DNA of 64,000 nucleotides from Patescibacteria group bacterium (GCA_041660885.1 JBAZVM010000002.1:81538-145537); one strand, 5' to 3'. Counted from the stretch's first letter, positions 27,319 through 40,776 are shown. The notes: a model not told the origin generated them from the sequence alone. Numbers and translations: made by a program.

Positions 27319-29507
27319 TATTTAGCCGCGTTTAATATTTTTTCCTTAATGTCTTTCGGGCTTAATTTGGCCATGTCGTATACTTCTTTTGGCGGGCCGG
27401 ATTTTAAGTAAGTAGAAACGCCCAAAGATTTTTTAGTATAATCTTTTCCCAATATAAACGGATATAAGAATCCTTTCCAGCCGTTATGAATGGCAATGAC
27501 TTTTTCGCGTTCGTCGTCTGCCAATATGCTTTGCGCTTTTTGCGGGTCTTTCTCTCTTAATTCTTCAAATAATTCCGGTGAAGTCACTGCAATTATTTTA
27601 ATATCATAATCTTTTTGTAAATCCGGCAGCACTTCCAGGGTGTTCGCCATGGTTTGACCGCCGCAAATGGCCAGCACGATTTTATCTTTACCGGTGTTCT
27701 CGTAATTTTTGAATACATAAGCGCCATTGGTGGCCTCTATAGCCGGAGGAATGCCTTTGGTTCTATCAAATATCGGCGTATCGGGACGGGCTACGGATAG
27801 CGCGATTGGTTCGCCTTTTTCCAAGGCGTAGAATAGCATCTCGATGGTTTCGTTGGCATCCATGGGCTTATAAACTTTAATACCCGGGTACGCGTTAAAC
27901 AGAGACATCCAATAAAGGCCATGATGAGTTGGGCCGTCTTCTCCGGTTTCCAAGCCATCGTGCGCGGCCAGCATTATAAAGAAGCCTTTGGTTTTGGGGT
28001 TCACATGATTACCTATCAGCGTCATGCGCACGGAGTTGGACATCATGGAAGTGAACACGCCATAGGAGCTGAAGACAGTGCTGGCTTGAAAGCCTCCGGG
28101 TAAAATATCTTGCGTCATGGCGCAGGAAAGCATGGCCATGTTCTGTTCCGCAATGCCGAAGCGGATGCCGCGGCCGTATTTATTCTCGCGATTCACAATA
28201 CCGTAAACTTGCTCGGCTTTCCAAGTGAGAATGGATTTTGATAAATCTCCGGTACCGGCGTAGAAAAAAGCGCTTTGGCTCATCAACCATTTAAAAAACT
28301 CTTGGGTGGCAGTACGCGTGGCTACTGGTTTGGTTCCGGTAAAAACTAATTCCTTAGGCAACTCCTTCGGCCTTTTTATTTGAGTGGGATTTTTTAAAGG
28401 CCTGCCTGCTAAAGCCGTTTCTATTTGCTTTATCAGTTCTTGTTCCGGTTTAATATTATTTTTGGCTAAATTTAAACGTTCGCCTAAATATCCGGTTAAT
28501 TCGGTCGTTAATTGTTCCAAAACGACTTGAAGATCGGGCATGACATTCTTTTTTTCTCCGGGGATGTTAAAGCCCAACTTTTTCATTATTTCCACATATT
28601 CTTCGTGCTTGGCAGGTTTGCCATGGGAATCGCAGGTGTTCTCCGTGGAACCGTAACATTTTCCTTTGCAGGCATGGGATAAAATAACCGTGGGGCTACC
28701 ATTGTCAAAACCTTGTTTGGCTTTTTTAAAAGCATACGTCAATTCCAAAATATTATGGCCATCCACTTCTATTACATTCCATCCCAATCCTAACCAGTGG
28801 TTAAGATATGGAGAAGAAATCACCTGATCCGTGTCGCCATCAATGCCAAAATGATTTCTATCAAGAAGAACCGTTAAATTGGATAAACCCAAAGAATGGG
28901 AAATATTTCTAGCTTCATAGCTCATGCCTTCTTCGGATTCCGCGTCTCCCATTAACACATAAGTACGCATATCATTAAGCCCGCAAGAGCGGTGCAAATT
29001 GGCTAGCCCAGCCGCGCCGCAAACACCATGCCCGGATGAACCGGTAGATAAATCAGCCAGAGGATGATAAGACTCCACATGGCCTTGGGGGCCGTCGATA
29101 TGGCGGAAGCGCAATAAATCTTCGGCCATGACCGCGGATAGTTCTTTCGCATTAAAATTTTCCCCGTTTTTTTTCAAAGACTCGTATACCAAGGATAACA
29201 TTCCATATAATAATGGGGTGCAATGCCCGGCAGACCAAACCATTCTATCCCTACCTGTGTTTTTCGGATCTAAAAAATCAAAAGCCATTTCACCGCTTAA
29301 AAGCAAGGAAAGTAAAGCCTCTACCTTGGATGACGACCCGCCCGGATGTCCGGATTGTGAAGCTTCGATGGCCCCGAATATCAGGCCGCGGCAAATCCTG
29401 GCTAATTCCTGCGCTTTATTCACATCTAGGCCATCAATGTTTTTTAGAGCTTGGCCTCGCAGATCTAAATAGTTTCCTCCTTTTAATTTATCGTCTTTCT
29501 TCGCCAT
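27318..29507 (-). CDS. tkt: Transketolase
   Basis: 729 aa. TPP-binding SGHPGGSSS, GDAESEEG-like, and a transketolase central/pyrimidine-binding region. Confidence 0.9.
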   Translation of the reverse strand: MAKKDDKLKGGNYLDLRGQALKNIDGLDVNKAQELARICRGLIFGAIEASQSGHPGGSSSKVEALLSLLLSGEMAFDFLDPKNTGRDRMVWSAGHCTPLLYGMLSLVYESLKKNGENFNAKELSAVMAEDLLRFRHIDGPQGHVESYHPLADLSTGSSGHGVCGAAGLANLHRSCGLNDMRTYVLMGDAESEEGMSYEARNISHSLGLSNLTVLLDRNHFGIDGDTDQVISSPYLNHWLGLGWNVIEVDGHNILELTYAFKKAKQGFDNGSPTVILSHACKGKCYGSTENTCDSHGKPAKHEEYVEIMKKLGFNIPGEKKNVMPDLQVVLEQLTTELTGYLGERLNLAKNNIKPEQELIKQIETALAGRPLKNPTQIKRPKELPKELVFTGTKPVATRTATQEFFKWLMSQSAFFYAGTGDLSKSILTWKAEQVYGIVNRENKYGRGIRFGIAEQNMAMLSCAMTQDILPGGFQASTVFSSYGVFTSMMSNSVRMTLIGNHVNPKTKGFFIMLAAHDGLETGEDGPTHHGLYWMSLFNAYPGIKVYKPMDANETIEMLFYALEKGEPIALSVARPDTPIFDRTKGIPPAIEATNGAYVFKNYENTGKDKIVLAICGGQTMANTLEVLPDLQKDYDIKIIAVTSPELFEELREKDPQKAQSILADDEREKVIAIHNGWKGFLYPFILGKDYTKKSLGVSTYLKSGPPKEVYDMAKLSPKDIKEKILNAAK

Positions 29508-29528
29508 ATTTTATAAAAATTAATATTA

Positions 29529-30602
29529 TTATAACCAATCCTTTTGTCGGAAATAAATCAGCATTGTTCCGGAAATAGTCAGGGAAAATGCTAGAATTAT
29601 ATAAAATCCATCGTGCCATTCCGCCATGGGTAAATATTTAAAATTCATACCGTACAAACCGGTAAGAAAAGTTAAAGGCATGAAAATGGTAGTGATGATT
29701 GTTAACACCTTCATAATAGTATTCAAGCGGTTGTTGATGGAAGAAAGATAAATATCAAGCATGGCCGCCAAGATATCGCGATAAGTTTCAATATTATCAA
29801 TAATTTGAATGGTATGATCATAAACATCTCGCAAATAAAGATAAGTATTTTTCTTGATTAAATTTGAGGATTCGCCGCGCACCATGTTATTAACCACCTC
29901 GCGCATCGGCCAGACGGATTTGCGGATAAAAATTATTTCTCTTTTTAATCGATGCAAGTTGCGCAATGTGCTGGCAGCGGGCTGAGTTACCATTTCGTCT
30001 TCCAAGTCTTCTATTTTTTCTCCCAATCTTTCTAAAATCACAAAATAATTATCTACTATGGTATCGATCATATTGTGCATTAAATAGTCCGGTCCCATTC
30101 GGCGGACGCGGCTGCTTTCTTTACGAATGCGTTCTCTGAGGGAATCGAAAACATCGCTTTTAAAACCTTCTTGCAGAGAAATTACATAATTGCTTCCTAA
30201 AATCAAGCTGATTTGCTCCGTATCCGCGCGAAATATATCTTTGCGCAAATGGAATATCTTTAAAACTACATAAATATAATCCCCGAAATCTTCTGTTTTC
30301 GGCCGTTGATGGGTATTTAAGATGTCTTCCAGCAATAAAGGATGAAAGCCGTAATGATCCCCTAATTCTTTTAATATCGCGATGTCGTTCAAACCTTCGA
30401 TGTTTATCCAGGTTACGGTTGGTTTTTTTCGAAACTCAAAACATTCTTTAATGTCAGTTACTTCTTTTTCAATTAATTTTTTTTCGTCAAAATCCATTAC
30501 CGTAATAATAGGCTTTGTTTGCCTTTCTTTGCCCACATACACAAGGGAGCCAGGATCCAGCCCGACTTTTCTCGTGCGTTTATCTAATATTTGACCTGTC
30601 AT
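29529..30602 (-). CDS. corA: CorA magnesium/cobalt transporter
   Basis: 357 aa. YGMNF signature before the C-terminal TM pair. Confidence 0.9.
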   Translation of the reverse strand: MTGQILDKRTRKVGLDPGSLVYVGKERQTKPIITVMDFDEKKLIEKEVTDIKECFEFRKKPTVTWINIEGLNDIAILKELGDHYGFHPLLLEDILNTHQRPKTEDFGDYIYVVLKIFHLRKDIFRADTEQISLILGSNYVISLQEGFKSDVFDSLRERIRKESSRVRRMGPDYLMHNMIDTIVDNYFVILERLGEKIEDLEDEMVTQPAASTLRNLHRLKREIIFIRKSVWPMREVVNNMVRGESSNLIKKNTYLYLRDVYDHTIQIIDNIETYRDILAAMLDIYLSSINNRLNTIMKVLTIITTIFMPLTFLTGLYGMNFKYLPMAEWHDGFYIILAFSLTISGTMLIYFRQKDWL

Positions 30603-30681
30603 ATTACTTTATAGAATAACAATATAATGATGCTTACGCAAGTGCATTAAACAAATAATAATGATTATAAAAAAAACAAAA

Positions 30682-31605
30682 TTACTGCAATACCGGACCC
30701 ACGGACGGGCTTAAATCGTCAACGCTGTTATTGGTAAGCCTTTTTAATTTTTTGTCTTTTAATCTTAAGGAGTATATTTCAAAATCGCTATCCGTGCTTT
30801 TTTTGAATGAAAAAATAATTTTTTTGCCATTAGGCGTGTAGGCCGGTGTGCGCGCTTCCCCTTTTAACTTTTTAAGCCTTTTTACATCGTTCCCATTTTT
30901 CTTCATGGTAAACAAGCGATAATTGCTTTTAACTTTTTTCACAAAAACGATGCGCTTGCTATTGGGAGAAAAACGCGGTTCGTAACTTTTATTATTGGTC
31001 GTTAATGAAACGGGATTGGTGCTATTGGCATCCATAATATAAATATTATGATTGCCTAAGCTATCCTCACCTTCAAAAACTATTTTGCTGTTATCCGGAG
31101 AATAAGAGGCGTAACCACTAATTGGCAGATTAAAATAAGCCGGCGTCATATCGCTTACATTCTTGCCGTTTTTATTGGCCGTATAAATATAAGAAAGCAA
31201 GCTGCCGGTGGTATAATCTTGCGCCGAGTAAATAATTTTATTCCCGTTGGGAGACCAAGAAACTTGATGATTAATCGTAACGGAATTTTCATCCACCACC
31301 ATGGAATCTGTGCCGTCACTATTGATCATACAAACCATGAATGTACCTGAAGCGCAGGCATAAGCTATTTTCTCTCCATTCGGAGAAACGGATATTCCTT
31401 CCGAGCTATCCAACTGATTACCACCAACGGTTACTATGCTTTTTCCCGTCCCATTAATTTTCATCTGGTATATAGGATAAGAAGTATAATACTCTCCCGC
31501 GTCTGTTGTGGCGTAATAAATGCGATTTTCCGCGAATAATACCGCGGGACTGGCCAAAACAAAAAACAGCAACACTGCCAATGTCGTTGTAAATACTTTT
31601 TTCAT
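30682..31605 (-). CDS. Secreted TolB-like PD40 beta-propeller protein
   Basis: 307 aa. Signal peptide. Repeated SPNGEKIAY, SPNGNKIIY, SPDNSKIVF, SPNSKRIVF, TPNGKKIIF blades. Confidence 0.7.
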   Translation of the reverse strand: MKKVFTTTLAVLLFFVLASPAVLFAENRIYYATTDAGEYYTSYPIYQMKINGTGKSIVTVGGNQLDSSEGISVSPNGEKIAYACASGTFMVCMINSDGTDSMVVDENSVTINHQVSWSPNGNKIIYSAQDYTTGSLLSYIYTANKNGKNVSDMTPAYFNLPISGYASYSPDNSKIVFEGEDSLGNHNIYIMDANSTNPVSLTTNNKSYEPRFSPNSKRIVFVKKVKSNYRLFTMKKNGNDVKRLKKLKGEARTPAYTPNGKKIIFSFKKSTDSDFEIYSLRLKDKKLKRLTNNSVDDLSPSVGPVLQ

Positions 31606-31650
31606 AATTTTATTATAGAATAATGATTATTATCTATAATCGTACCACAA

Positions 31651-32043
31651 TTATTTTATTTCTTCCAATTCCCAATTGTCGCCGATTTTTTTTACCCAAA
31701 AAAGCAGTATTGTAAGATCTGGATATTGCGCGGAGATTAAAGACTTGGCTTTTTCCATGTCTTTTAACACTATGTCTCGGCTAGTCTCGCCATAAGCTCC
31801 GCATTCTTCGTGCTGGGTCAGCAAAACTCTTTTAATATGATGCAATTTTGTAGATATGGCGATCTGGTTTAATATATAATCGCTGATTTTTTTATCATCG
31901 CCGGCCAATGGTTTGCACGCGCCAGCAATAGACACAATATCGGTATCGCCTAAATAATTATTCTCCGCCAGCCATTTTTTAAAGGTAATATCTAAGCGGT
32001 AATCCATGCAACGGATTAATAAGTTTGAGCAATTATGAGCCAT
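31651..32043 (-). CDS. Small beta-carbonic-anhydrase-like protein (minimal form)
   Basis: 130 aa. CxDxR (RCMDYRL), GD.D...AG (GDTDIVSIAGA) and HxxCG (QHEECGAYG) spaced as in beta-CA. Overlaps the atpC stop by 11 nt. Confidence 0.45.
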   Translation of the reverse strand: MAHNCSNLLIRCMDYRLDITFKKWLAENNYLGDTDIVSIAGACKPLAGDDKKISDYILNQIAISTKLHHIKRVLLTQHEECGAYGETSRDIVLKDMEKAKSLISAQYPDLTILLFWVKKIGDNWELEEIK

Positions 32044-32470
32044 GGGGTAAATTTCTATATTTCTTTTTCTTAACTACTTTTAATCTCGCCAATTCTTTTT
32101 CTATCTTGGAAGATAAATAAGCGAATTCAGCGGAATCGAATTTCTTTTCCGTGAGTAGCTTTTGCGCTTGCAGCCTCGCTTCTTCCGCTCTTTTTTCGTC
32201 TATTTCTTCGGCGCGCTCGGCTGAATCGGCCAGCACTATAACTTTATTCGGGGATACTTCCACGAATCCGCCGGAAACGGCCATAACGGTTTCTTCTTTA
32301 TTCTTCAGAACGCGAAGCTCGCCCGCTTTTAAAGCGGCCACCAAAGGAATGTGCCCGGGCAGAACAGTGATCTCCCCTTCTATCGTGGGGATGGTTATCT
32401 GTTCCACCTCATCGGAATGCACTTTCTTTTCCGGTGTTGTTATTTCAAATTGTATTTTGCGATCAGCCAT
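32033..32470 (-). CDS. atpC: F1 ATP synthase epsilon subunit
   Basis: 145 aa. Typical epsilon N-terminal beta-sandwich plus C-terminal helices. Confidence 0.85.
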   Translation of the reverse strand: MADRKIQFEITTPEKKVHSDEVEQITIPTIEGEITVLPGHIPLVAALKAGELRVLKNKEETVMAVSGGFVEVSPNKVIVLADSAERAEEIDEKRAEEARLQAQKLLTEKKFDSAEFAYLSSKIEKELARLKVVKKKKYRNLPHGS

Positions 32471-32472
32471 AA

Positions 32473-34766
<2,294 letters not shown>

Positions 34767-34768
34767 AA

Positions 34769-36292
34769 TTATTTCTTAATCAAGTAATCCACGTTAGTTT
34801 TATAATCTTTAATAGCGTTCTGTAATTTTTCTTCAATTTCCTTCGTTAATTCTTTTTTCTCAGTAATCAATTTAAATAAATCTTTAGCGGAAGTTTCCAA
34901 ATGCTTTTTTAAGCCGATTTCAAACTGTTTGGTTTTATCTACGGGCACATCATCAAAATAACCGTTGCTGCCCGCGTAAATAATAGCCACTTCCATTTCC
35001 ACTTTCATTGGTTCGTATTGCAACTGTTTTAATATTTCTTGCATGCGCATACCAAGATCCAGTTGCTTTTTGGTGGCTTCATCCAAATCGGATCCGAATT
35101 GGGCGAAAGCCGCCAACTCGCGGTATTGGGCCATGTCCATTTTTAATTTGCCAGCCACTTTTTTCATGGCTTTGATCTGAGCGGAAGAGCCGACACGTGA
35201 AACGGATAAACCTGTATTAATAGCCGGACGAATACCCTGATAGAATAAATCGGATTCCAAATAAATCTGGCCATCGGTGATGGAAATAACGTTAGTGGGA
35301 ATGTAAGCTGATACATCTCCCGCTTGAGTTTCGATGATGGGCAAAGCGGTTAAGGATCCGCCGCCGGAATTCTTGTTCAACTTGGCCGCGCGTTCCAACA
35401 AACGGGAATGCAAATAGAAAATGTCTCCGGGATAAGCTTCACGGCCGGGCGGGCGGCGCAGTAATAAAGAAACTTGGCGGTAAGCTACGGCGTGCTTGGA
35501 TAAATCATCGTAAACCAGCAACACATCTTTGCCTTGGTCCATAAAATATTCTCCCATGGCGCATCCGGCATAAGGGGCGATGTAAGAAAGAGAAGCGGGG
35601 TCTGACGCGCCGGCCACAACAACGGTGGTATAATCCATGGCGCCGTGCTTTTCCAATTCCGTGATCAAACGCACCACTTTGGATTCTTTTTGGCCGATAG
35701 CTACGTATATGCAAATAACATTCTGGTCTTTTTGATTGATAATGGTATCAATGGCAATGGCGGTTTTTCCGGTTTGGCGGTCTCCGATAATAAGTTCTCT
35801 TTGTCCGCGGCCTATCGGGATCATGGCATCAATGGCCTTTATGCCAGTTTGCAAAGCTTGTTTTACCGGTTCTCTTTTAATAACGCGAGGCGCGATTTTT
35901 TCTACGGGATAAAATTTATCGGTTTTAATGGCTCCTTTTCCATCCAGTTCTTCACCAAGAGGGTTTACTACGCGGCCCATTACGGCTTCGCCCACGGGCA
36001 CTTCCAATATTCTTCCGGTGGTTTTTACCGTATCGCCTTCTTTAATCTTCAAGTAATCACCCAACAAGATGCAACCCACGGAATCTTCTTCCAAGTTAAA
36101 GGCTACGCCATAAATATTGTTTGGGAACTCCAACATTTCCGAGGACATGCAATCGGATAAACCGGAAATTCTGGCTATGCCGTCTCCCACTTCCATTACC
36201 GTACCGGTTTTTTCCACGGTGGCCTTGGTTTTAAAATCTTTAATCTGTTGTTTTAAGCTTTCAATGATGTAATCTTTTGATGCTTTTGCCAT
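34769..36292 (-). CDS. atpA: F1 ATP synthase alpha subunit
   Basis: 507 aa. GDRQTGKT P-loop. Confidence 0.97.
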   Translation of the reverse strand: MAKASKDYIIESLKQQIKDFKTKATVEKTGTVMEVGDGIARISGLSDCMSSEMLEFPNNIYGVAFNLEEDSVGCILLGDYLKIKEGDTVKTTGRILEVPVGEAVMGRVVNPLGEELDGKGAIKTDKFYPVEKIAPRVIKREPVKQALQTGIKAIDAMIPIGRGQRELIIGDRQTGKTAIAIDTIINQKDQNVICIYVAIGQKESKVVRLITELEKHGAMDYTTVVVAGASDPASLSYIAPYAGCAMGEYFMDQGKDVLLVYDDLSKHAVAYRQVSLLLRRPPGREAYPGDIFYLHSRLLERAAKLNKNSGGGSLTALPIIETQAGDVSAYIPTNVISITDGQIYLESDLFYQGIRPAINTGLSVSRVGSSAQIKAMKKVAGKLKMDMAQYRELAAFAQFGSDLDEATKKQLDLGMRMQEILKQLQYEPMKVEMEVAIIYAGSNGYFDDVPVDKTKQFEIGLKKHLETSAKDLFKLITEKKELTKEIEEKLQNAIKDYKTNVDYLIKK

Positions 36293-36306
36293 ATGGTATT
36301 TTAAAA

Positions 36307-36711
36307 TTATCTAGTTAATGATTGTTTTAGATTATTAATGCTATTTAAAATGCTTCCGTCTATAACAGTGTCTGCTATTTTTATGATCATGCCTCCCAAT
36401 ATTTTTTTATCTACCTTTTCCGTCAATAAAACCGTTTCCGCTTTGCTGGAAGATTTTATTTTTTTGGTGATTTCTTCTTTGAGAGAAGCAGACAAAGCGC
36501 GAGCGGTAATCACTTCCGCTTCCACAATGCCTTCTTGCTCGTTGCTGTACTGGTTATATTCTTGAATGATTTTTTTAGCCAGTTTCATATGCCGATTAGC
36601 CGCTAAAATTTTCACAAAATTAGCCAAAGCCGAATGAGCTTCCTTCTCGGTTAAATCTTTGGTAGCTTCGTAAAGCACTCGGCCGTATTTTTTAGCGCTA
36701 ATCTTCTTCAT
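36307..36711 (-). CDS. atpH: F1 ATP synthase delta (OSCP) subunit, short
   Basis: 134 aa, OSCP-like. Operon position between atpF and atpA. Confidence 0.75.
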   Translation of the reverse strand: MKKISAKKYGRVLYEATKDLTEKEAHSALANFVKILAANRHMKLAKKIIQEYNQYSNEQEGIVEAEVITARALSASLKEEITKKIKSSSKAETVLLTEKVDKKILGGMIIKIADTVIDGSILNSINNLKQSLTR

Positions 36712-36712
36712 A

Positions 36713-37213
36713 CTATAAACTAGTATTTTTAATAATATTCTTGCTTAATTTTTCATCAATCTCTTTTGTTAAACCCTGGCCGAGAATTTTTTCCGTGGCC
36801 GAAGCGACTAAATTGCCCAATTCCGCTTTGGCGTCGGTTACCATTTTTACTTTTTCCGCGGCTAGTTGTTGTTTGCCCTTAAGCACGATGCTTTCCACTT
36901 CTTTCTTTGTTTTTGCTATTGTTTCTTGGCGTTCGGCTTCGGCTTTTTTTCCGGCTTCTTCCAATACGGCCAAGCTTTGCTTTTTCGCTTCGTTCAAAAC
37001 TTTTTCTTTTTCCGCCGCGCTTTCCTGCAATTTGGTTTCCGCATCTTTGGCGTCTTTTAAGCCTTTTTCTATCTTAGCGGTTCTTTCTCTCATTAATTTG
37101 GTTAAAGGTTTTAGCGCGAAAAAATAAAGCACGCCGAATACTATGGCGAAATTTACCAATTGCGCGATTATTCCTTTTACATCCAGATGGAAAGTTTCTA
37201 TTAATGAATCCAT
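36713..37213 (-). CDS. atpF: Fo ATP synthase b subunit
   Basis: 166 aa. N-terminal TM, then a long charged coiled coil. Confidence 0.85.
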   Translation of the reverse strand: MDSLIETFHLDVKGIIAQLVNFAIVFGVLYFFALKPLTKLMRERTAKIEKGLKDAKDAETKLQESAAEKEKVLNEAKKQSLAVLEEAGKKAEAERQETIAKTKKEVESIVLKGKQQLAAEKVKMVTDAKAELGNLVASATEKILGQGLTKEIDEKLSKNIIKNTSL

Positions 37214-37288
37214 AAATTATTGAAAATTAATTGAAAAACAGCTTGATGCCCGGGAGAAATTAATCTCCCGAGCAAGCTAATTTAAGCC

Positions 37289-37519
<231 letters not shown>

Positions 37520-37537
37520 TTATATTAAAAATATTAA

Positions 37538-38383
37538 TTAGTGTTCTTCGGCCGTGCTGGCGATATTCATGTACACCAAGGACAAGATGGCGAATATCAA
37601 AGCCTGAATCACTCCCACGATTAGTTCCAAAAACATAAAAGGAACCGGCAGGATAAACGCGAAAATGGCCATCATGGAAGCCAGTAAAACTTCACCCGCA
37701 AAAATATTTCCGAATAACCGAAAGGAAAGAGAGGCTACTTTGGCCACCTCGCCGATTATTTCAATTATACCCACAAACACTTTTATGGGATTAACCAAAA
37801 CAATAGTTGGATCTTTTAATACTTTTTTGGGGATTTCCAATAAAGCTTTTATATTCACGAATTTATTCAAATGATTCCAAGCGCCGGCCATAAACACGCC
37901 AACCAAATGAGAACCGACAACGGTCATTAAAGATAAAGCCAGAGTGGTGTTTAAATCGGCTGTGCCGCCGCGAATAAAAGGAATGAATACTTCTTTGCCT
38001 TCTTCCATTTCATAGAAGCCGACAGTGCCCACGCCCGGCAACAAACCGAGCCAGTTATTAACTAATATGAATAAAAAAATAGTGAAGACATAAGGAAAAA
38101 ACTTCATGCTTTTTTCTCGGCTTCCGGTAACAGTATCGCAAAGGTTTAAAGCGCCATCAACGATCATTTCAAATACATTTTGAATGCCGCGCGGCACTTC
38201 TTTTAATTTCTTCTTTAGATATAAAGAAAATATAGCAAAAAGCAAAACTACAAACCAAGTGACGATAAGGGAGTTGGTAATACTAAAACCACCGATATGC
38301 ACTATCGGCTCGGCGAATAAAGTTGGTTCGTGCCCCTCTGTGGATGTCTCCTGCACTACTTCTGCTTGTTCTTCCGCTGCCAT
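37538..38383 (-). CDS. atpB: Fo ATP synthase a subunit
   Basis: 281 aa. Conserved Arg-containing helix LSFRLFGNIFAGE. Confidence 0.9.
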   Translation of the reverse strand: MAAEEQAEVVQETSTEGHEPTLFAEPIVHIGGFSITNSLIVTWFVVLLFAIFSLYLKKKLKEVPRGIQNVFEMIVDGALNLCDTVTGSREKSMKFFPYVFTIFLFILVNNWLGLLPGVGTVGFYEMEEGKEVFIPFIRGGTADLNTTLALSLMTVVGSHLVGVFMAGAWNHLNKFVNIKALLEIPKKVLKDPTIVLVNPIKVFVGIIEIIGEVAKVASLSFRLFGNIFAGEVLLASMMAIFAFILPVPFMFLELIVGVIQALIFAILSLVYMNIASTAEEH

Positions 38384-38397
38384 AATTTATAGACGCT

Positions 38398-38661
38398 TCA
38401 TTTAGTTTTTTCGGATTTTTCTTTCTTGCTTAATTTATCCATGGTTTTCATTGCCCGAATTGATCCTCGGACAATGCCAATCATTGAAATTAGGAAAGCC
38501 ACGCCTACGCATCCGAAGTACAACCATTGGCCTGTTTTATACTGATTGTCTAACCAATGACCGACTAAAAAAGCCACTATGGCCGGTAAAATAATCCAAC
38601 CGCTTATTTCCGCGAATAAGGAAATAGCCGGCTGCCACCATGGCGCTTTAGTTTTTTCCAT
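38398..38661 (-). CDS. atpZ: AtpZ/AtpI-family small membrane protein at the head of the atp operon
   Basis: 87 aa, two TM helices. Position immediately upstream of atpB. Confidence 0.65.
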   Translation of the reverse strand: MEKTKAPWWQPAISLFAEISGWIILPAIVAFLVGHWLDNQYKTGQWLYFGCVGVAFLISMIGIVRGSIRAMKTMDKLSKKEKSEKTK

Positions 38662-38714
38662 ACATATATTATGAAAGTCCGCTTTTTTAACGCGGTTATT
38701 ATAAACGATAAATA

Positions 38715-38739
38715 AAAAACGGTCAATCGCCGTTTTTTA
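38715..38739 (-). terminator. Rho-independent terminator downstream of typA
   Basis: AAAAAACGG-tcaatcg-CCGTTTTTT hairpin with a flanking U-run. Confidence 0.6.
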
Positions 38740-38767
38740 TAGTTTTCAACAGGTTTTATGGGCTTTT

Positions 38768-40591
38768 TTAGCTCAAAATTCCCTTATCTTTCTTCTTTTG
38801 TTCGTTTTCATCCAATATCATCTTGCGAATTCTAATATTTTTCGGGGTAATTTCCACCAATTCATCGTCTCCGATGTATTCTAACGCGTCTTCCAAATCC
38901 ATAATTTTCGGGGTTTTAAAATGTTCGTCCGAACCTTCACCTTTAGAGCGCATATTGGAAAGCTGTTTGGCTTTACAAACATTCACGCGCAAGTCTCCTC
39001 CGCGGGAATGCTGGCCTACCACTTGGCCTTTGTATACCTCGTGAGCCTGCCCCATAAACAAAACGCCGCGACCTTGCACATTAACCAAACCGTATAAATT
39101 CGTGGTGCCGGTTGTATGAACCACTAAAGAACCTTGTTCTCTTTCTTTCCAATCCCCCGGATCTTTATGGTAGCCCTCAAATATAGTATTCATTATTCCC
39201 AAACCTTTGGTATCGGTTAAAAATTCGTTTCTATAGCCAAATAATCCGCGAGTGGGAATCACAAATTGCATGTTCACGGTATTGCCTTCGGTTTTCATTT
39301 CCCGCATTTCACCTTTGCGGCTGCCCAGTTTTTGGATAATGGCGCCGGCGTAAATTTCCGGAGCTTCTATAAATACTTCGTCGAAAGGCACCATTTTTTG
39401 GCCGTCGATTTCTTTCACGATAACTTGCGGGCGGGAAACTTGAAATTCATAGCCTTCTCTTCTTAATCTTTCGAAGAATATGGCCAAGTGCAATTCACCG
39501 CGACCTGAAACCACCCACTTGCCTTGAGAGTTAGCCAAAGGTTCTATTCTCATGGCCACATCGTTTTCCAATTCTTTATAGATTCTTTCTCTTAATTGAC
39601 GGGAAGTAGAAAATTTTCCTTCTTTTCCGGAAAACGGGGAATCGTTCACGCAAAAAACCACTTTAACAGTCGGCTCTTCAATGGCTACGGGCGGCAAAGC
39701 CATAGGCTTTTCCGGGTCTGCCACCGTGTCCCCGATATTTATTTCCGGCACTCCGGCTACGGCTACGATATCTCCGGCTTCGGCGGATTTAGCTTCTATT
39801 CTTTCCAAGCCGAAAAAAGACATTAAAGATGTTAAGCGGAATTTTTTTTGCTTGCCTTCACGGGTAATGTGCATTACTTCTTGGCCAGCAGTTATGCGGC
39901 CATTATAGATTCTTCCCGTGGCTACACGGCCTTTAAAATTATCGGAAAACAGCGTAGTAATTAACATTTGCAAAGGTTTTGAACTGTCGCCGGTGGGCGC
40001 GGGTACATATTTTTTTATTGCCGCGAATATCGGAGAAATATCTTTCATTTTTTCTATTTCCGGTTCATTGCCGGCCAAGCCTTTTTTCGCGGCCGCGTAC
40101 ACCACGGGGAAATTAGTGGTTTCTTCGTCCGCGCCGAGCTCTATGAATAAATCAAACACTCTGTTTAAAGTTTCGCGAATACGCGCTTCTTTTTTATCGA
40201 TTTTATTTACAACGACAATAACCTTCAGTTTCATGGCTAAAGCCTTTTTTAAAACAAATCTGGTTTGTGGCATAGGGCCTTCTTTGGCATCCACCAATAG
40301 CAAACAACCATCGGCCATAGTGAGGACGCGTTCCACTTCTCCGCCGAAATCCGCGTGCCCCGGAGTATCAATGATGTTTATTTTCAAATCTTCCCAATTT
40401 ACCGAAGCGTTCTTGGAAAATATGGTAATGCCTCTTTCTTTTTCAATCTCGTTGCTGTCCATTATGCAAATTTGATCTTTTACATCTTTATTCAACTTGG
40501 TTTGCGATTGACGCAACAAAGCATCCACCAGCGTGGTTTTGCCGTGGTCAACGTGAGCGATAATCGCGACATTTCTAATATTATTCATCAT
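38768..40591 (-). CDS. typA: Translational GTPase TypA/BipA
   Basis: 607 aa. AHVDHGKTT G1, DTPGHADF G3, NKID G4, EF-G-like domains. Confidence 0.95.
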   Translation of the reverse strand: MMNNIRNVAIIAHVDHGKTTLVDALLRQSQTKLNKDVKDQICIMDSNEIEKERGITIFSKNASVNWEDLKINIIDTPGHADFGGEVERVLTMADGCLLLVDAKEGPMPQTRFVLKKALAMKLKVIVVVNKIDKKEARIRETLNRVFDLFIELGADEETTNFPVVYAAAKKGLAGNEPEIEKMKDISPIFAAIKKYVPAPTGDSSKPLQMLITTLFSDNFKGRVATGRIYNGRITAGQEVMHITREGKQKKFRLTSLMSFFGLERIEAKSAEAGDIVAVAGVPEINIGDTVADPEKPMALPPVAIEEPTVKVVFCVNDSPFSGKEGKFSTSRQLRERIYKELENDVAMRIEPLANSQGKWVVSGRGELHLAIFFERLRREGYEFQVSRPQVIVKEIDGQKMVPFDEVFIEAPEIYAGAIIQKLGSRKGEMREMKTEGNTVNMQFVIPTRGLFGYRNEFLTDTKGLGIMNTIFEGYHKDPGDWKEREQGSLVVHTTGTTNLYGLVNVQGRGVLFMGQAHEVYKGQVVGQHSRGGDLRVNVCKAKQLSNMRSKGEGSDEHFKTPKIMDLEDALEYIGDDELVEITPKNIRIRKMILDENEQKKKDKGILS

Positions 40592-40623
40592 AATCCAAAA
40601 AGGATACAGGAAAATTATAAAAG

Positions 40624-40640
40624 AGTCAATATTATTGACT
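40624..40640. promoter_or_regulatory. Perfect 8-1-8 palindrome AGTCAATA-T-TATTGACT in the typA / small-peptide divergent intergenic region; it contains TTGACT and is a candidate operator/-35
   Basis: Read directly. Lies 47 nt upstream of the small-peptide ATG. Confidence 0.35.
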
Positions 40641-40686
40641 TTATTTTGATATTAATATTCAATTATATTACAACACAGGAGCACAC

Positions 40687-40776
40687 ATGAACTTCATCGT
40701 CGCGGTTGCTATCGCTCTTTTTTTTACGGCCATCCCGGCCTTTCTTCTCTGGGTCATAACCCGGAGAGAACTGTGA
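40687..40776 (+). CDS. 29-aa single-TM hydrophobic peptide (MNFIVAVAIALFFTAIPAFLLWVITRREL), type-I-toxin-like or leader-like small membrane peptide
   Basis: AGGAG SD 5 nt upstream of the ATG. A continuous hydrophobic helix ending in RRE. Below the ORF-track size cutoff. Followed by a GGGCAGT..ACTGCCC stem-loop. Confidence 0.35.
   Translation: MNFIVAVAIALFFTAIPAFLLWVITRREL

Noticed and set aside
35645-36160. 171-aa plus-strand ORF, and several other 60-130-aa ORFs, antisense to the atp genes
   Set aside because: They lie entirely inside well-conserved ATP synthase subunit genes on the other strand. Composition is low-complexity and no RBS is present. Read as frame artefacts.
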